Below, piece by piece: positions 11,601 through 26,600 of a stretch of 64,000 bases of DNA. The translations under genes and the position numbers were made by a program. Origin of the DNA: Lama glama. Its lineage: Eukaryota. Location of the stretch: the NCBI GenBank assembly GCA_028534125.1, contig CM052830.1, positions 3,534,001 to 3,598,000 of the forward strand. The letters run 5' to 3'. The notes beneath the pieces are model-generated. The model was not told the DNA's origin. It did no database searches and saw only the letters and a list, made by a program, of their open reading frames with translations. Position 1 is the stretch's first letter. Each line of letters opens with the position of its first letter.

Positions 11601-14600
11601 ATGAGTTTGGGAAACTCTGCTGCAAATTTTACCCTTCTCAGAGATCGCCTCCATGCTTGCACACATGCTGCCTTCATCCCAGACTCCCAGCAACAAGGAC
11701 ATCCCAGTCTGGAGCCACAAGCCCTTTCTCCCTACACAGAAAAATAACCACCAAAGTTGCACATCCTCAGGGCCGAGAGTCAGAACCTGCGACTTTCCCA
11801 GACTTGCCCCTCTAGGGCTCAGTCCTAGAATGATCACCATCAACCCAGAATGACGGTGATGGGAAAGTTGTCATCTGGGTCACCAGTGGGACCCGTGGCT
11901 TCTGAGGATTTGATGTTTCTTGTTTGGCCATTTGTGGAAAGTCCCTGGGTGACAGTAAAGGTGACCCTGGTGTTGGTAGTGATGGCCAGCGAGCAGGGGC
12001 TTGTATGTATATGTGACCTCAGTGGATCTTGGAGCAACCAGAAGAGACAGGAACTAGGGTTGTTCCCATTTTACAGATGAGGCAGTAGAGACCTGTGGGG
12101 GGTAAGTACCACGCCTACAGTTCCACAGCATGAGGAGTAAATGGTTTGTGATGCCAAAGCCCGCATCTGTAACCACAGCCCTGGGCATCTCTGGAAGAGG
12201 TGATGACCAGTTCCGTTCGAGATGTGTTGGACTCTCTGTGAGTGAGAGAATGTGGGTGAACTGGGTGCAACTCTCCTCAATAGTGATGTCTCCTCTGCTC
12301 TGTTGTCTGTTTACTTGGTGTAACGAGGGCTTGACATGCTGTCGTTCGAGGCGGGTGTCTCCTAGCACCAGGGAGGTGACTGGTGGACACGAGACCTCCG
12401 ATCTGTAAAATTGTCCCAACCTCCTGACTTCACGAGGGCTCAGGCCATAGATCAAATATATCAAGCCGAGATTATTCGTGGGGCATTTTTCTTAATTTGA
12501 TGATGCTTTGTTGATAAATACTGATTTTTTTTGCATACAGCGATTAAAGAATACACGTGTGTGTCCAGCCAGATTCATATTGAATATCCAGATTGAATGG
12601 GCATTTCTGCACCTGTCTTGGGGGTCCTCTGTCATCTGACAGCGAGGCAGTGAAGACCGGAGGGAAGACCCCACTGGGGCCAGTCTCCCTGCCCTGGGTA
12701 TGGGCTGGGAGGACCTGGTGAGTCAACAGTGCACTTTCTGTGAAGAGGGGTGCTCCTCCATGCCCCGGGGGCGTGTTTGTCCAGCACCGAAGATCAGGGT
12801 TTCATAGGCCTGTGGGGTACCCGGGATGACAGATTCCTGTGGTCCCCTGGGGCTTTGCTGCATGCTCATATTTGACAAAGGCCAGCCTGTACATCCATCA
12901 TGAGACGGGGTGCCCACAAAATACCTGCTCTGTGCCCCAGCTTCTCCTTTCAGGGGCTTACTCCTTTGGGCCTTGGAGATTTCTCGGGCTATAGGCTTTC
13001 CCTGTCCCCTCCGCGCCCCCAAGGGCTTAGGGACACATCAGGGCTTCAGTGATGGTTGAATCAGTGACGTCTGATTGACGTGACAGCTGTGTGGGACAGC
13101 TCTGCACATTTGGATGATAAGCCAAATGCATGTTTTGATTACTTGGGGTTTCCATAATTTCTAGAAAGAGCCCTGTGACAATGGAAAAAAAGGAAAAATT
13201 GATCCATCAGTCAACTGAGCACAGCAGTTGAGGGAGGTGTGATGCAGGCCCTGAGGCCACATCACACACACGAGTGTTTAGTGCTGCTCCCTGTGCAGAT
13301 GCCTTTGCTGTGGTTGGGTCTTCAGCCGAGACTGTCTTGTGAAGGACATTTCGAGATTATGGTAGGAACATTGGCACCAAATAGGGAGGGGGGATGCTAA
13401 GGGCGAGGGTAACCTTGGCCTGCTCTGGGGAGGGGGAAGTGGCACCATGAGCACTCCCTCTGGGCTCACATGTGCCCCATTTAGTGATGTCAGAAGCAAG
13501 TATGAGCACCTGCTTTGGGTTGCGGGTACCAGACCCCGAGAAGCCCTGAGAGGCAGAGAGAAGAGCATCCTGAGATCACTGGCACCCAGGTGGCAGCAGG
13601 TGTGCAGGGCCCTGTGGTTGCACAGGGCACAGGTGGGAGCAGTCTGCACAAACCTGGCCCACCGGGAGGATGGAACTGGAGGAAGAGCCCACAGGCAGGC
13701 GCTGAGGGCAGGGGTTTGCGGGGGCACAGGGGCTGGGCAGGGGAAGGTCCTTGCCAGCAACTAACCCCCCAAGGCCTCCGGGGAGTTACAGCTGGCCTCT
13801 TCCTTCCCTCAGCCCTGCCCCCACTCCTCTGCCTGCCCCCCTGGGCATCCCACCTGGACCTCCCTTTGCTCCTGGGGAGGCTGCCTGGGTGGGCCCCTGG
13901 GCACCTGTGCCCTCCCAGCCTCCTCTCTTCCCAGTACTTCCCATGTGGAAGATCGTATCTAATTCCCAGGACCACCTGGAAAACAAAATCCAGGCTGGTC
14001 CCACCTTGGCATCCTAAGCCATCACTCCATCTGCCTGAGCTCTCAGACTGGCTTCTCTGGGCCCATTTGCAGAGTCAGCGCAAGACCCTTATTTAATTTT
14101 CTGAAGCCTAGTGACAACATATGACTGGAGGTGGCTCTTACCATCATGGGGCAGTTTATCTAGCAGGAATCTGGGGTTGCCTCAGTGCCTTAAAATCTTG
14201 TTAAAGCAGGGTTTCTAAAGAGCCATCTTTATTATTTGGGAAAATCCTTTAAAGCTCCTCCCCTAACAGTAATCTTGAAAGTTCCTTCCCTGTCCTGCCC
14301 TCGACAGAGCAGGGTGTAGTGGTTAAGAGCACAGACGTGAGAGCCAGGAAGCCTGGACTCCACTCTGCTGCACCAGCTCCTGGTTCTGGAACATTCCAGA
14401 CACGTTACCTGTGCCAACAACTGCCCTGGACACAGATGATGCCCTGATGATGACGTCGATGATTTTAAGTCCCTGGTGGGGAGGCTCTGCACATGGTCTG
14501 CGCCATGCTAGGCAGGGCTGAGGACACCAGTGAGCAAGAGGACGTCCCCATGATCTGGAGTGACGTCAGGGGAGGGACGAAGCCAGCACTGTGAGGCAGG

Positions 14601-17600
14601 ATGAGCAGAGGCCCAGGACTGGCTGGGGACACAGTGGAGATGGGGTGGTGGGGGTGCAGCTTGAGCAAGGCCTGATAGGGTGGAGTGGACAGGTAGGGTG
14701 GGGCCAGCTCCCTAGGTGTCCCCCAGCTCTCTCCTCTGCCAGCCTTCCTCAGGTGTCCCATCTCCCCTTCAGGGACTTCTTGGGGGCATCCTCAACCACT
14801 TTCTGCTCTAGAGTCCCTGATCTAGGGGGACAGGGCGGCAGCCACACATCTCCAAGGGTGGCCCTGATTTTCTTACACTCAATTTTGAGTTGAAAATTAA
14901 CTAAGAACCCCACTTGCCTAGCGGATGAGCTGGCCTCCAGACCACCAGTTTCTCAGTAATTCTAGGTGCAGTCCCAGGCTCCCTGATTCACCTGGAGTTT
15001 CTGAACATAACTCCCACTGCTTCAGAGCCCATTCCTGCCCAGCCCCCCTACGAGGCCACTCCAGATCTCCTGGGCTGGAGGGCGTCTGCATTCCCTCCCA
15101 TTCAGCCTGTGCAAATTACACTTGCCATGTGCCAGACCCTGGGGCTGCCGACCAAAATGACATAAGCCTGCCTCTAGAACCTCGTTCCAGGGGGAGACAG
15201 ACACACAGACTCCCCGTCCACTTGGGCAGGGCTGGGTGATCAGCAGAGGCACTGCCCCTCCCACCAGACCCAGGCAGGCTTCCTCGGGATGGGCTCCTAC
15301 AGAGAGCAGAGAGGCCCTGGGACCTGGAGGCGGGGCTTTGGGAAGTCAACCCACCAGGCTGAATGTGGAAGTGCATGGGCGCCCTCAGCATGAGACGGGG
15401 GGGGGGGGGCTGGGAGTGTGACCTGGGAGGAGGGGGAGAGAGGGTGAGGGACCTGGATTGAGGATGGTGATGAGAGAGGGACAGAGCAGGGCCATCAAAG
15501 GGACAGGGAGCAGGAGGGTGCTGAAGGGCAGGATGCCGGGAAGGCCACGTGTGGTGGGGCAGTTAGCGGGGTCTTGCTGCCAGGCCCCTGAGCAGCTCTA
15601 GTGGATGACAAGGGCAGAGGTTCCCGTGTGGTCTGAGGTAGATGGGCAGCATCTGTAGGGACAGGCTGGGAGGGGACCTGAGGAGATGCCGGCAGGGAGA
15701 GGCTGCCCGCTGTGTGTGGAGCTGGGGTTGAACTGCTCTGACTTGAGTTGCACTGACTGGCCTGCAGCATATGTCTAGGGTGGATTTCGGGAATGAAGAG
15801 TGGTGGGTGCAGGACTGAAGCCGGGCCTTGGCCCACCTGCATCTCTCATCCTCGGGCTTCTGCTGCACCTCCATATCCATCACGTGTGCCGGGGGCTTGA
15901 GACACATCTGAACAAAATCTTCTAGTCACGTGACATTCCCCAGGAAGTGCAGTGCTCCGTGGGAGGATTTTTAGAAACATCTTCTGTTCAGGAAGAAAGA
16001 CCACATTGCTGAGCACAGGATTCAGAGATGTGTCATGTCACACATGGTGCTCCAGCCGAGATGGAACAGCGTGCCAATGGCAGTCAGATTTTCATCTGAA
16101 AGTGCTCAGATCGTGGTCAATTCTCATCAGTTACTGAAAAAAACACAGCTCTGTGATGATGGGAGGCTAACCAAGAATAACTCCCAACCTTCCATCAGAT
16201 AATAATACCATGGGCATCTCAGGAAAATGAAGCACAGATCAGAAAAGCTGAGAGGGAAAAGTGTGGCACAGAATGGGGCCCGGGGGCCAGTGGTGGACTC
16301 CTGACCCTGCCAAGACCTGTCAGCCTTCACAGAAGAGAAGGTGGGCTCTCTACCTGAGACCAAGCCAAAGCTCAGTCTACTGGAGCTGAAGGATGTTCGG
16401 AACTGGGCTTACAGAATCTCATTGCCCAGCTCCTCTGGTTTCAACGGTGATCAGACGGTCCAGGCCTGCATCTGGCTCCTGTCCTTTTAAGAGACACTCA
16501 CTGAGACTGCTTGGCTGTGCGCTGTCCTTGGTGCTGAAGCACCGCCGAGCGTGCCTGCCCTTGGCCACCCTGCCCTGCTCTGGGTGCACTCAGGCTGTAC
16601 AGGTCAGCGAGCCTGAGCTAGACCTTGGATGAGGGGCTGTTGCTTGGGATTGCAGCATGTTTGGGAGAGTTTGCCCATTCTCCCTCCTTGGTCTGTTCTC
16701 GTCTTTGTGGCTCAGACACTTGCATATGGCCTCTGGTTCTGCCTCTGGGACCGTTTTGCCCACTCTGATGTCTGATGCAGCCCTACCCCAACCCTAATAG
16801 TTCCCACGTTTGGGGCTCAGCTTCCCCTGAGAGCAGCCCTCAGTGCTGACTGGGAGACATCTTCTCCTGACCTTCGCTCCCAGAGTCTCTGGGTCTTCTG
16901 GTTGTTGACTGTTACGCACACTGACGTAGACTCACCCACTCGAGTGTCTTCAGAAGGGGTCAACCCCAGACCACCACACATGCAAGCCAGGTCTCACAGG
17001 TGCTCCTGGGTTCCTTTGGCCGCTGCTGCTGCTCCTCCCTTGTCTTTGATCTAGTCATTGATCTAGTCCCTCCTACGTTCATTCACTGGGACCAAGTATA
17101 TAAAAGATAGTGTGCTGGTCACTTTGAGAAAAATGAATGTTAATTTCAAGAAAGGAGGAATAACCTAGTCATTCACTGGTCCTCAAAGCCTGCTCCAAAA
17201 ACAAGAGCAGGGCCAGTCAGGGCTGTTCTTGGTGCACTGAATTTGAAAATTCTGGGAGATGTCACTAAGTGGCATTGCTGCCCAAGGTTTTCCTTGTCTA
17301 ATGTCTTATTAATATTTAATCTCCAAAGGATTCCAAGTCACCCAAAATAGGGGCTGTTTGGCCCAGATTCAGAGATCACAGCCTGGTATTTGGGGGAAGA
17401 TTGATTCTTCTCTGCATCACAGTTAAAATGATGAAGTTCCAAAGGGAAAAAAAAAACTTTCACACGCAGGGACCATTATTCAACCTTAGAAAGGAAGGTA
17501 ATGCTGACCCTTGAGGATGCTTAGTGAAATTAGCTGGTCACCAGAAGATAAATCCTATATTGGTCCACCTGTGTGAGGTTGCTAGACTAATTAAATTCAT

Positions 17601-20600
17601 AGATATGGAAGTGGAATGGTGGTTGCAAGGGGTAGGGGAGAGGGGGGAATAAGGAGTTAGTGTTTAATGGGTACAGGTCTTCCCCGGGGATGCTGAAAAG
17701 TTCTGTAGACAGACAGTGGTGATGATTGCACAACGGTGTAAATGCACTGAATGCCACTTAACTGTCCATTGAAAAATTGTTAAAATGATAAATTTTATTT
17801 TATGTATATTTACCAAAATATTTTAAAAGAAAGAAAGAAAGAAAGGGGCTGGGGGGAATAGCTCAGTGGAAAACCTATGCTTAGCATGCACAAAGTCCTG
17901 GATTCAATTCCCAGTGCCTCCATTAAAAAAATTAAAATGAAATAAATTTTAAAAAAGAAAGAAAAGGCTCTTGTCCCATGAACTGGCTTGAGTCTGTTTG
18001 AATCATCTGAAACCCAGCTGAGCCAGTCTGAGCCCATGTAGCCATATCATACAAACAATGGAGGGTCAGTGGAGACTGGCTTGGTGGAGCTGTAGTAGAG
18101 CTGAGCTGACCACACCCATCTGGGCCACTGGACACTGGTGTGTGTCAAACAGCAGGGTGTCTGCATGCCTCTGGAAGGTGTCAGGATGTTCAGAATTAAA
18201 ATGAGCCGTGGTAGGACAACCACATCCTGAGTGAGAAGAGGGTACCTTGCCTTCTCTCCTCCAAGAGTCTTGTCCAGTCACAGACGTGATCCTACCTTGG
18301 CAGGGGCGGAAGGGGCAAAAGTGGGGGTGGCCACCAGATCATTAATACTACTGGGCTCTTTGCATTGATCACCCAGACCACTGGGTTGTGTAAAATGGTC
18401 ACAGTCATCCCTTGTCAGTATCATTTAAATAAAAATATGTTGCCACTTCTACCGTGAAACTAACAGCTCACCCTACCCTCTCTCCTTATCCTCAACTTTA
18501 AGAAAACCAGATGCTCTATTTTGGATATTCATAATGGCCAGACACGTAGATTTAACCAAAGCTTACTGGATCTTTGATATCTTCTTTACCCATTAACTGG
18601 TTAAACTTGTTCTTCAAATTATTAGTCGTGGGATTTTGTGTTAGTGTTTGCAGCCATGGGCAGTTCCACTGAGTTGTTTATTACTTGGGACTGATAATGT
18701 TGATTGGAACAGAGAACTCCTTCTCCTGCTGGGATATAGGGAGCTGGTCTTGGCAGTTTCATGCTGGGAATGCTAGTGTCTACAGATAATTGAAAGTTAA
18801 ATATGGAAGGCGCATTGGAACTGGGGTTGGAATATTGACTTAGCCCTGGCCATCTGGTTTCCTTCTGACCTATGTACCTTTCTTTGTTTCATCCATTCCT
18901 CTGATGCCTCACTCACCTTCTCAGAATATGTGTGGGGCTTTAGGCTGAGCAGAGGGGACATGGAGAGGCCTTGGGTCTCCCGGGAGCTGCTGGCCATGAG
19001 GCCAAGAGACCACTCTTCACCTCAGAGGGTCACTGTCATGAGACTGCTCACACGGGGCTTCTCACCCTGAAACTAGCAGGGTTGGGGGAGAATATGTGGG
19101 TGTTTGTAGCAAACTCATGGAACCTGTGGGAAAAGCAGCCCACAGGCCCCCAGCCATGGATTTAGATGGGAGATGTGGTAGATTTTCTCATTTGAGAATT
19201 GAGCTCAATCAAACAACACTCCCCAGTTATGTCGCACACTTTGTCCGAAGCGATGGATCTCCCTCGTTTCCCACAGGTGAATCTGAGTGTGATATCCGGA
19301 GTGATGCGAGGCAGGTATCCAGGAAGGAATGGTCTCCGTGGTCCCGCCGCTGCCGTCTGGGTGGCTCAAACCCTCTGCTTCCCTTGGGAGGGTTAGTCCT
19401 GCACAAGCTGGCCATGACCTTCATGCAGGGGTCTAGCTGAGCTGATGAGGGTATCAAAGGTAGAGGCAAGCAGTATGTTTTAGGTCTTGCGAGGGCTCTG
19501 CTAAGTCTTTCTTTCCCCATTACTTTAAAATGGTAGCCGTACACACATAACATGAAATTTACCATTTTAACCATTTTGGAGTGTGCAATTCAATGGCGTC
19601 TAGCACAGTGTTGGGCAACCACCACTGTTTAGTTCCAGAACATTTTCAACACCCTAAAAGGAGACCCCATATTTATTAAGCAGTCTCCCCACTTCTAGCA
19701 CCTGGTAACGAAGACAAATCTGTTTTCTCTCTATACAAGCTGAGATAGTGTGGGTTTGCTTCCAGACCACTGCAGCAGAGTGAATATTGAAATAAAGCAA
19801 GTCACACAATTTTTTTTGGTGTCTCAGTGCATATAAAACTTATGTTTACACTGTCCTGTAGTCTATTAGGTATGTAATAGTATCTAAAAAAACAATGTGC
19901 ATGTCTTAACTTAAAAATACTTAATTGCTAAAAAGTACTAACCTTCAGCAAGTTGTAATCATTTTGCTAGTGGAGGTTCTGGCCTCGATCCTGATGGCTG
20001 CTTACTGATCAGGTGGCTAAGGAAGGTTGAGGTCACTGTGGAAATTTCTGAGAATAAGACAACANNNNNNNNNNNNNNNNNNNNNNNNNNNNNNNNNNNN
20101 NNNNNNNNNNNNNNNNNNNNNNNNNNNNNNNNNNNNNNNNNNNNNNNNNNNNNNNNNNNNNNNNNNNNNNNNNNNNNNNNNNNNNNNNNNNNNNNNNNNN
20201 NNNAATAACTAAGTTAATGTCATAGTCTCAATCCTTGATTGTCATTTCAACAGTCCTCACAGCATCTTCACCAGGAGTAAATTCCATCTGAAAAAACCAC
20301 CTTCTTTTCTCGCCTCTAAGAAGCAAAATGCNNNNNNNNNNNNNNNNNNNNNNNNNNNNNNNNNNNNNNNNNNNNNNNNNNNNNNNNNNNNNNNNNNNNN
20401 NNNNNNNNNNNNNNNNNNNNNNNNNNNNNNNNNNNNNNNNNNNNNNNNNNNNNNNNNNNNNNNNNNNNNNNNNNNNNNNNNNNNNNNNNNNNNNNNNNNN
20501 NNNNNNNNNNNNNNNNNNNNNNNNNNNNNNNNNNNNNNNNNNNNNNNNNNNNNNNNNNCTAGAGTGGTGAATCCTTTTCAGAGGGTTTTCAGTTGCCTTT

Positions 20601-23600
20601 GCCCAGATCCACCTGCGGAATCACTCTCTCTGGCAGCCATAGCCTTACAAAATGTATTTCTTAAAAAATAAACTTGAAAGTTGAAATGACTCCTTGATCT
20701 ACGGGCTGTAGGATGGATGCTGTGTTAGCAGTCTTGAGAACAACATTCATCTCATTGTACATCCCCATCAGAGCTCTTAGATGACCAGGTACATTGTCAA
20801 TGAGAAGTAATATTTTGGAAGGAGTCTATTTTTTTGCCCCAAGCAGTAGGACTCAGCAGTGGCCTTAAAATATTCAGTCAACTATGTTGTCAACAGATGT
20901 GCTGTCATCCAGGTTTTGTTGTTCCATCGGTAGAGCACAGACAGAATAGCTTTGGCATAATTCATAAGAGCCTAGAATTTTCAGGATGATTAATGAGCCC
21001 TGGTTTCAGCTTGAAGTCACCAGCTGCATTGGCCCCTAACTAGGGAGTCAGCCTGTGCTTTGAAGCTTGGAAGCCAGGCATTGACTTCTCTCTGGTTANN
21101 NNNNNNNNNNNNNNNNNNNNNNNNNNNNNNNNNNNNNNNNNNNNNNNNNNNNNNNNNNNNNNNNNNNNNNNNNNNNNNNNNNNNNNNNNNNNNNNNNNNN
21201 NNNNNNNNNNNNNNNNNNNNNNNNNNNNNNNNNNNNNNNNNNNNNNNNNNNNNNNNNNNNNNNNNNNNNNNNNNNNNNNNNNNNNNNNNNNNNNNNNNNN
21301 NNNNNNNNNNNNNNNNNNNNNNNNNNNNNNNNNNNNNNNNNNNNNNNNNNNNNNNNNNNNNNNNNNNNNNNNNNNNNNNNNNNNNNNNNNNNNNNNNNNN
21401 NNNNNNNNNNNNNNNNNNNNNNNNNNNNNNNNNNNNNNNNNNNNNNNNNNNNNNNNNNNNNNNNNNNNNNNNNNNNNNNNNNNNNNNNNNNNNNNNNNNN
21501 NNNNNNNNNNNNNNNNNNNNNNNNNNNNNNNNNNNNNNNNNNNNNNNNNNNNNNNNNNNNNNNNNNNNNNNNNNNNNNNCCTACCCATGCTTTCAACGTG
21601 CCTTCCTCACTGAGCTGAATCGTTTCTAGCTTTTGATTTAAAGTGAGAGATGTGCAGCTGTTTTCACTTGAACACTGNNNNNNNNNNNNNNNNNNNNNNN
21701 NNNNNNNNNNNNNNNNNNNNNNNNNNNNNNNNNNNNNNNNNNNNNNNNNNNNNNNNNNNNNNNNNNNNNNNNNNNNNNNNNNNNNNNNNNNNNNNNNNNN
21801 NNNNNNNNNNNNNNNNNNNNNNNNNNNNNNNNNNNNNNNNNNNNNTTGTGGGGCCCCCAAACAATTACAATTCTAACATCAAAGATCACTGATCACCATA
21901 ATAAATATAATAATCTTGAAAAACTTTGAGCTATTGTGAGAATTAACCAAAATATGACACAGAAACACCAAGCCAGTATGTGCTGTTGGAAAAAATGGCA
22001 CCAGTAGATTTGCTCAGCAGAGGGTTGCCACAGACTTTCAATTTGTTAAAAAAAAAATGCAGTAGCTGCAAAGCACAGCAAAGTAAAGCACAGTAAAAAA
22101 AAAAAAGTATGCCTGTGTAGGTTTGCCTATTTCTAGAATTCGAAATGGAATTGTATAATACGTGACCTTTTGTGTCTGGCTTCTTTCACTGAGCATCATG
22201 TTTTCTGGGCTCACCCATGTTGTAGCACATGTCAGGACCTCACTCCCTTTTTATGGCTGAATAATATTCCCCTGCATAGGTGGAGCACGTTTTGTTTATC
22301 CATCTGCCCATTGACAGACATTTGGATTGTTTCCACTTTTTGACTATTGTGAATAGTGTGACCCTGACTGTTCCTGTACCAGTGTTTGTGCAGACGCCTG
22401 CTTTCAGGTCTTTTGGGTCCGCATCTAAGAGTGGAATTACTGAGTCACATGGGCATTTACTGTTTGATTTTGTAAAGAATCACAAACTATTTCCCACAGC
22501 AGCTGAACATTTCATATTCCCACCAGCAAGGCATGATGGTTCTAGTTATGCACAAATTTAAAAAAATGAACAACCCTGATGATCCAGTGTCTAGACTCAC
22601 CATTGTTCCAGAATGGCCTTAGTGGACATGTGTGCTGGTTTTTACCCTGGCTCGTAACCCTAGAGCCTGAGGCCAGCAGGACCACTGAGTTCCACCTCTG
22701 TGCTGGAGTGGGAGCTGTCCCAGGCCAGGACCTTGGTTATGTGCATCTTCCGGTCCTCCTAGGGGTACCCTGTCCCCTGCAGGACACACAGCAGGTGCTT
22801 GCATGGGACTGGCCACATGGACGCAGCCTTTGGATAATGGGTGAAAATGTAGAGACTGGTTTAGAAGAACAGAGGTTCTGCTCTGAAATGCTGGTGCCCC
22901 CTGGTGCTGCCTGCCCTTCCTGGGACTCCATGAAAAGAGAGTGAATGATGAAGTAGAGTAAGTCTCAGGAGGTCCTGGCAGTCAGGGGCCCGGAGATTTC
23001 AGCAGACATGTCTCAGAGGACAGGGCTGGGCCCACAGTGGTTTCCCCAGTGGATCTCGTCCTGACTTTTTTAAGCCAGAGATCAACTTCGGAAAGATGCG
23101 ATCTTCCCCATGGGGATCATACTGAGGAGAAAAAAGACTTTATCCAAGCTCTTCTCCTCCAGATAAATATCCCCGAGTATCCTGAGTCATAAGAACAGTT
23201 TTGTCATTTTTCTGAGCCATTTGCCAGTGGACAGATGGAATGGATGGCTTTTGGGAGGAGATGTGGAAGGGGCTGAGTCAAACTTTCTGGTGGCCCCTGG
23301 TGGGTCGTACTCTCGGCTCGGTCCGACAGGAGCACTTCCATGTCGTTGTCCCAGCCACCCCTCCTAAGCTGGACGGATGAGGGCATCTGGGCTGGAATAT
23401 CAGATGAGTAGGGTTGACCAACGCCTTTGAAAACAGGGAGCAAGAAATGATTCCCAGAGAAGGCTGTCCCTTCCCTGAGTGGCCACACTGGAGCACCTGG
23501 GGTTTCTCTGACATGTTTGGGGGGAGGGACGGTCAGGTGGGAAGTAGTGACTCACCTGGCTTTGAGCTGATGCTGTCTGTCCCTCACTGGACCTCCCTAT

Positions 23601-26600
23601 GTGTCACTCACATGCTTGTCATTCAGGACAGGGCTTGGACACACATGGCCTTTGTTACAGACGGTGTAAGTACGAGCGTTTGCTGTTACTCCCTCCAAAG
23701 CGATGTGGGTTGAACTGACGTATTTTCAGTTTAATCAGGCAGACACAATCAGAATGGACACGTTAAAAAAAATTCTAGCTTTAGTTTCACCCACTGGAGC
23801 CAAGATATTTATTAGAGCAATTTATTCAAATTAGTATATTTTTATTACAGGCAATCATCTGCCTTGAGCAGCTGTCCATGGTCCTGGCATTTTATGACCA
23901 GCATGTGCTGTAGCATCATGTTCTGTTCTCAGGGCCCCACGAAGAGAGGGTCAGGGGTTCCCCACCATGTTAACATTACTTCTCTCCACACATTTCACTC
24001 CCTCCTTCTCTAAGTGGGTGGCTGATGCAGGTCTAGCTGGTGGCACCAGGAACCCCGCACCACAGTTACCTGAGAAAGGACATGATCCTGCTTTCTCTGC
24101 TGGCTGTGAAGGATGCGGTGACCCTGGCCTGCATCTTACCTTGGGGTACGCCTGGCTGCTGTACCTTGGGGAGGGCACAAAAGAATTCAGGTAGCATGTT
24201 CATCTCAGTTGCCAGGAGCCCCAAAGACACGTGGGCCTCTAACCATGTTTATTTCAGAGGCTATGTCCCGTGCTGCCAAGCTTCCCACCCTGCCCCTTGA
24301 AATGAAAACTAAGGCACCAGATGGGTTCTTCCCAGAAGAAGCAGCACAGGCCCACCCTCCTGCCTCTCTGGAAACAACCTCGGCTGTTTATTAGGAGATG
24401 TGGTTGTCATGGTGATGAGTGGTTGGAGGGATTTAGAGAAGATGTGGGCATGGAGGGAAGGGTGGAGCCTGGAGAAGCTATAGGGAGAAGTTGCCATTAT
24501 AAGTGGACCCAAGACCTTGTGTTGCCCATGGTCACCGCACACTGTGGCCCCACCCTGAGGTGTCCTGTGGATGAGTGTGGGGCACCGACCTCCAGCCTGT
24601 GTTCCCCTGGCCAAACCCTAACCCCTTGGAGCTGCGTCCCCTGGGAAGAATACCTCTCTCACTTGCCACAAGGTGAACAGCAGTCTTTGTGTCACCTTTT
24701 CCCATCATGTATTTGGCACCTCGATGAGAGTCTGTTGCCACGTTTAGGGCCGGCTTTCTGCCAGAAAAATTAGGTTCCACCCCAAGCTGTAACATCCATA
24801 GAAGGAGTGTTACCTTAATCCTTCCAGGGTGCTACAACAGAACGTCATAAACCGGGGGACTTAGAAACAGCAGACATTGCTTTCTCACTGTTCTGGAGGC
24901 TTCAAGTCCAAGATCAAGGCACCAGCAGATTTGGTGTCTGGTGAGAGCCCACTTTTATAGACAGATGTCTTTTAAGTCCTATGCAGTAAGGGTGGGGGAG
25001 CACTCTGGGGTCTCTTTTATAAGGACACTGATCCCATTCCTGGGGGCTCCACCCTGACGACCTCGTCTAATCCTAATCGTCTCCCTATGACCCCAGCTCC
25101 TAACACCACTCCTTGGGGGTCAGGCTTCTACATCTGATTTGGGGGAGGACACAAGCATTCAGTGTGTAGTAGGTGTGGTTGACCCCGCTTTCATTTTTCG
25201 GTTAGTTGATTTGTTTCTTGGGGGTTTTTGGAGAATAACTAGGGCCTGTTTGACTCCTAGGAAGGAAGGGCGGGTCTTCAGGAAATGAAGTTCATGAACT
25301 CAGCCTAGGAAAGGTCTCAGGTTAGAGGTTTCAGACCAGTGAGTAAAATGCTGACTCTAAGTGGACCATGAAATAGACAAGAGGACAGGACAGTAGAGGG
25401 TTGCTTGGGGGATGTGCCACATTACAGTTTTACTTACAGCTCTTGGGAGCAGCATTGTAAGTGAGAGACCTCTCTGGACCTATGGGAGGTTTTTTGTGGT
25501 GTGTCTGGTCTGTAGCAGGGCCATGGGACCAGTCCATTGGGAGTTCAGGAATGAGCCTGGCTCCACTGGGACCCTGGCAGGAGTGGGCCTCTCCAGGCTC
25601 AGCCCTGCAGGGAGGGCACTGTCCATGCAGCTTCATCAGCACGGGATCTGTGGGGGAGGATCACAGCCCTGTCACCCAGAGGAGGATATCAGTCCCAGAA
25701 GAGGGCTGTGACAGGGAGAGCAGCGTCCCAGCAGTGCAGACAAACCAGAGCCCCCAGCCCCACCTTGGGATGGACTGGGACAGCAGGGCAGGGTCGGGGC
25801 CCCCCATGTGGTCTGGGAGCTCACAGGGCACAGGGGTCAGGGCAGTCCTTTGGGTGCCAGCAAGGAAGCAGGGAGCAACCAGACATCTGATGCACCTGAG
25901 CCCTAGCTGTGCCCTGAACCCCCTTGGCTCCCAGAAGGCCCTATTTCTTCCACGGATTGAGCAAGCCCTGATGTCAGCAGGATGTTACTATGCTTTCCCT
26001 CCTTCCTCGGTGCACAAATCTTCCCCATCCTTAAAGCCCAGCCAGACTCTGTCCATGTCCTGTTGGAGCCACCCTCCTCCGCTCCCATGGCCTCTGAAAT
26101 CCAGTGGTGTCTGTAGTCACAGAGGGGACACTCAGCCAGGAGTCCCTGGTCTGCCTGGTCCATCGCACCTCCCAATTCCCATCAGTGTTAAGAACGGGTG
26201 GGGGTGGGGGTGCTTTTCATTTTTCTCTAATCCCTGCAGAGAAATTGAGTGATGTCACAGGATGTGACAGTGACAGTGACAGTCGAGGGCAGGGAAGATG
26301 CAACACATTTCTGTGCCACCAGTGCCTATGGGAACCTGGCCATTAGTGTCCACATGTGGGGCCCCAGTCCTCTCACCTGTAAAGTGGGAGAGGGAACATC
26401 TGTCTCACATGGGAAAGGATAATATTCCTTAAGTTATTTATAAACAAATGTTATTTATAAATACAAATAAATCTTACATGAGAAAGGCTGTTATAAATAA
26501 TATATATACATATTTATAAATATATAAGTAACTTAGTTATAAATAAATATAATGTAGATGTAAGTATGCTCATACTGATAATATCAATAAAACTTATTAA

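Noticed and set aside
14561-14568. Isolated TGACGTCA (also 58898-58905)
   Set aside because: A single 8-mer without promoter context; expected by chance
15397-15409. G13 homopolymer
   Set aside because: Simple run with no supporting structure; length error-prone
21040-21892. Long ORFs made mostly of X (also 33854-34627, 7908-8546)
   Set aside because: Artifacts of N-runs within repeats
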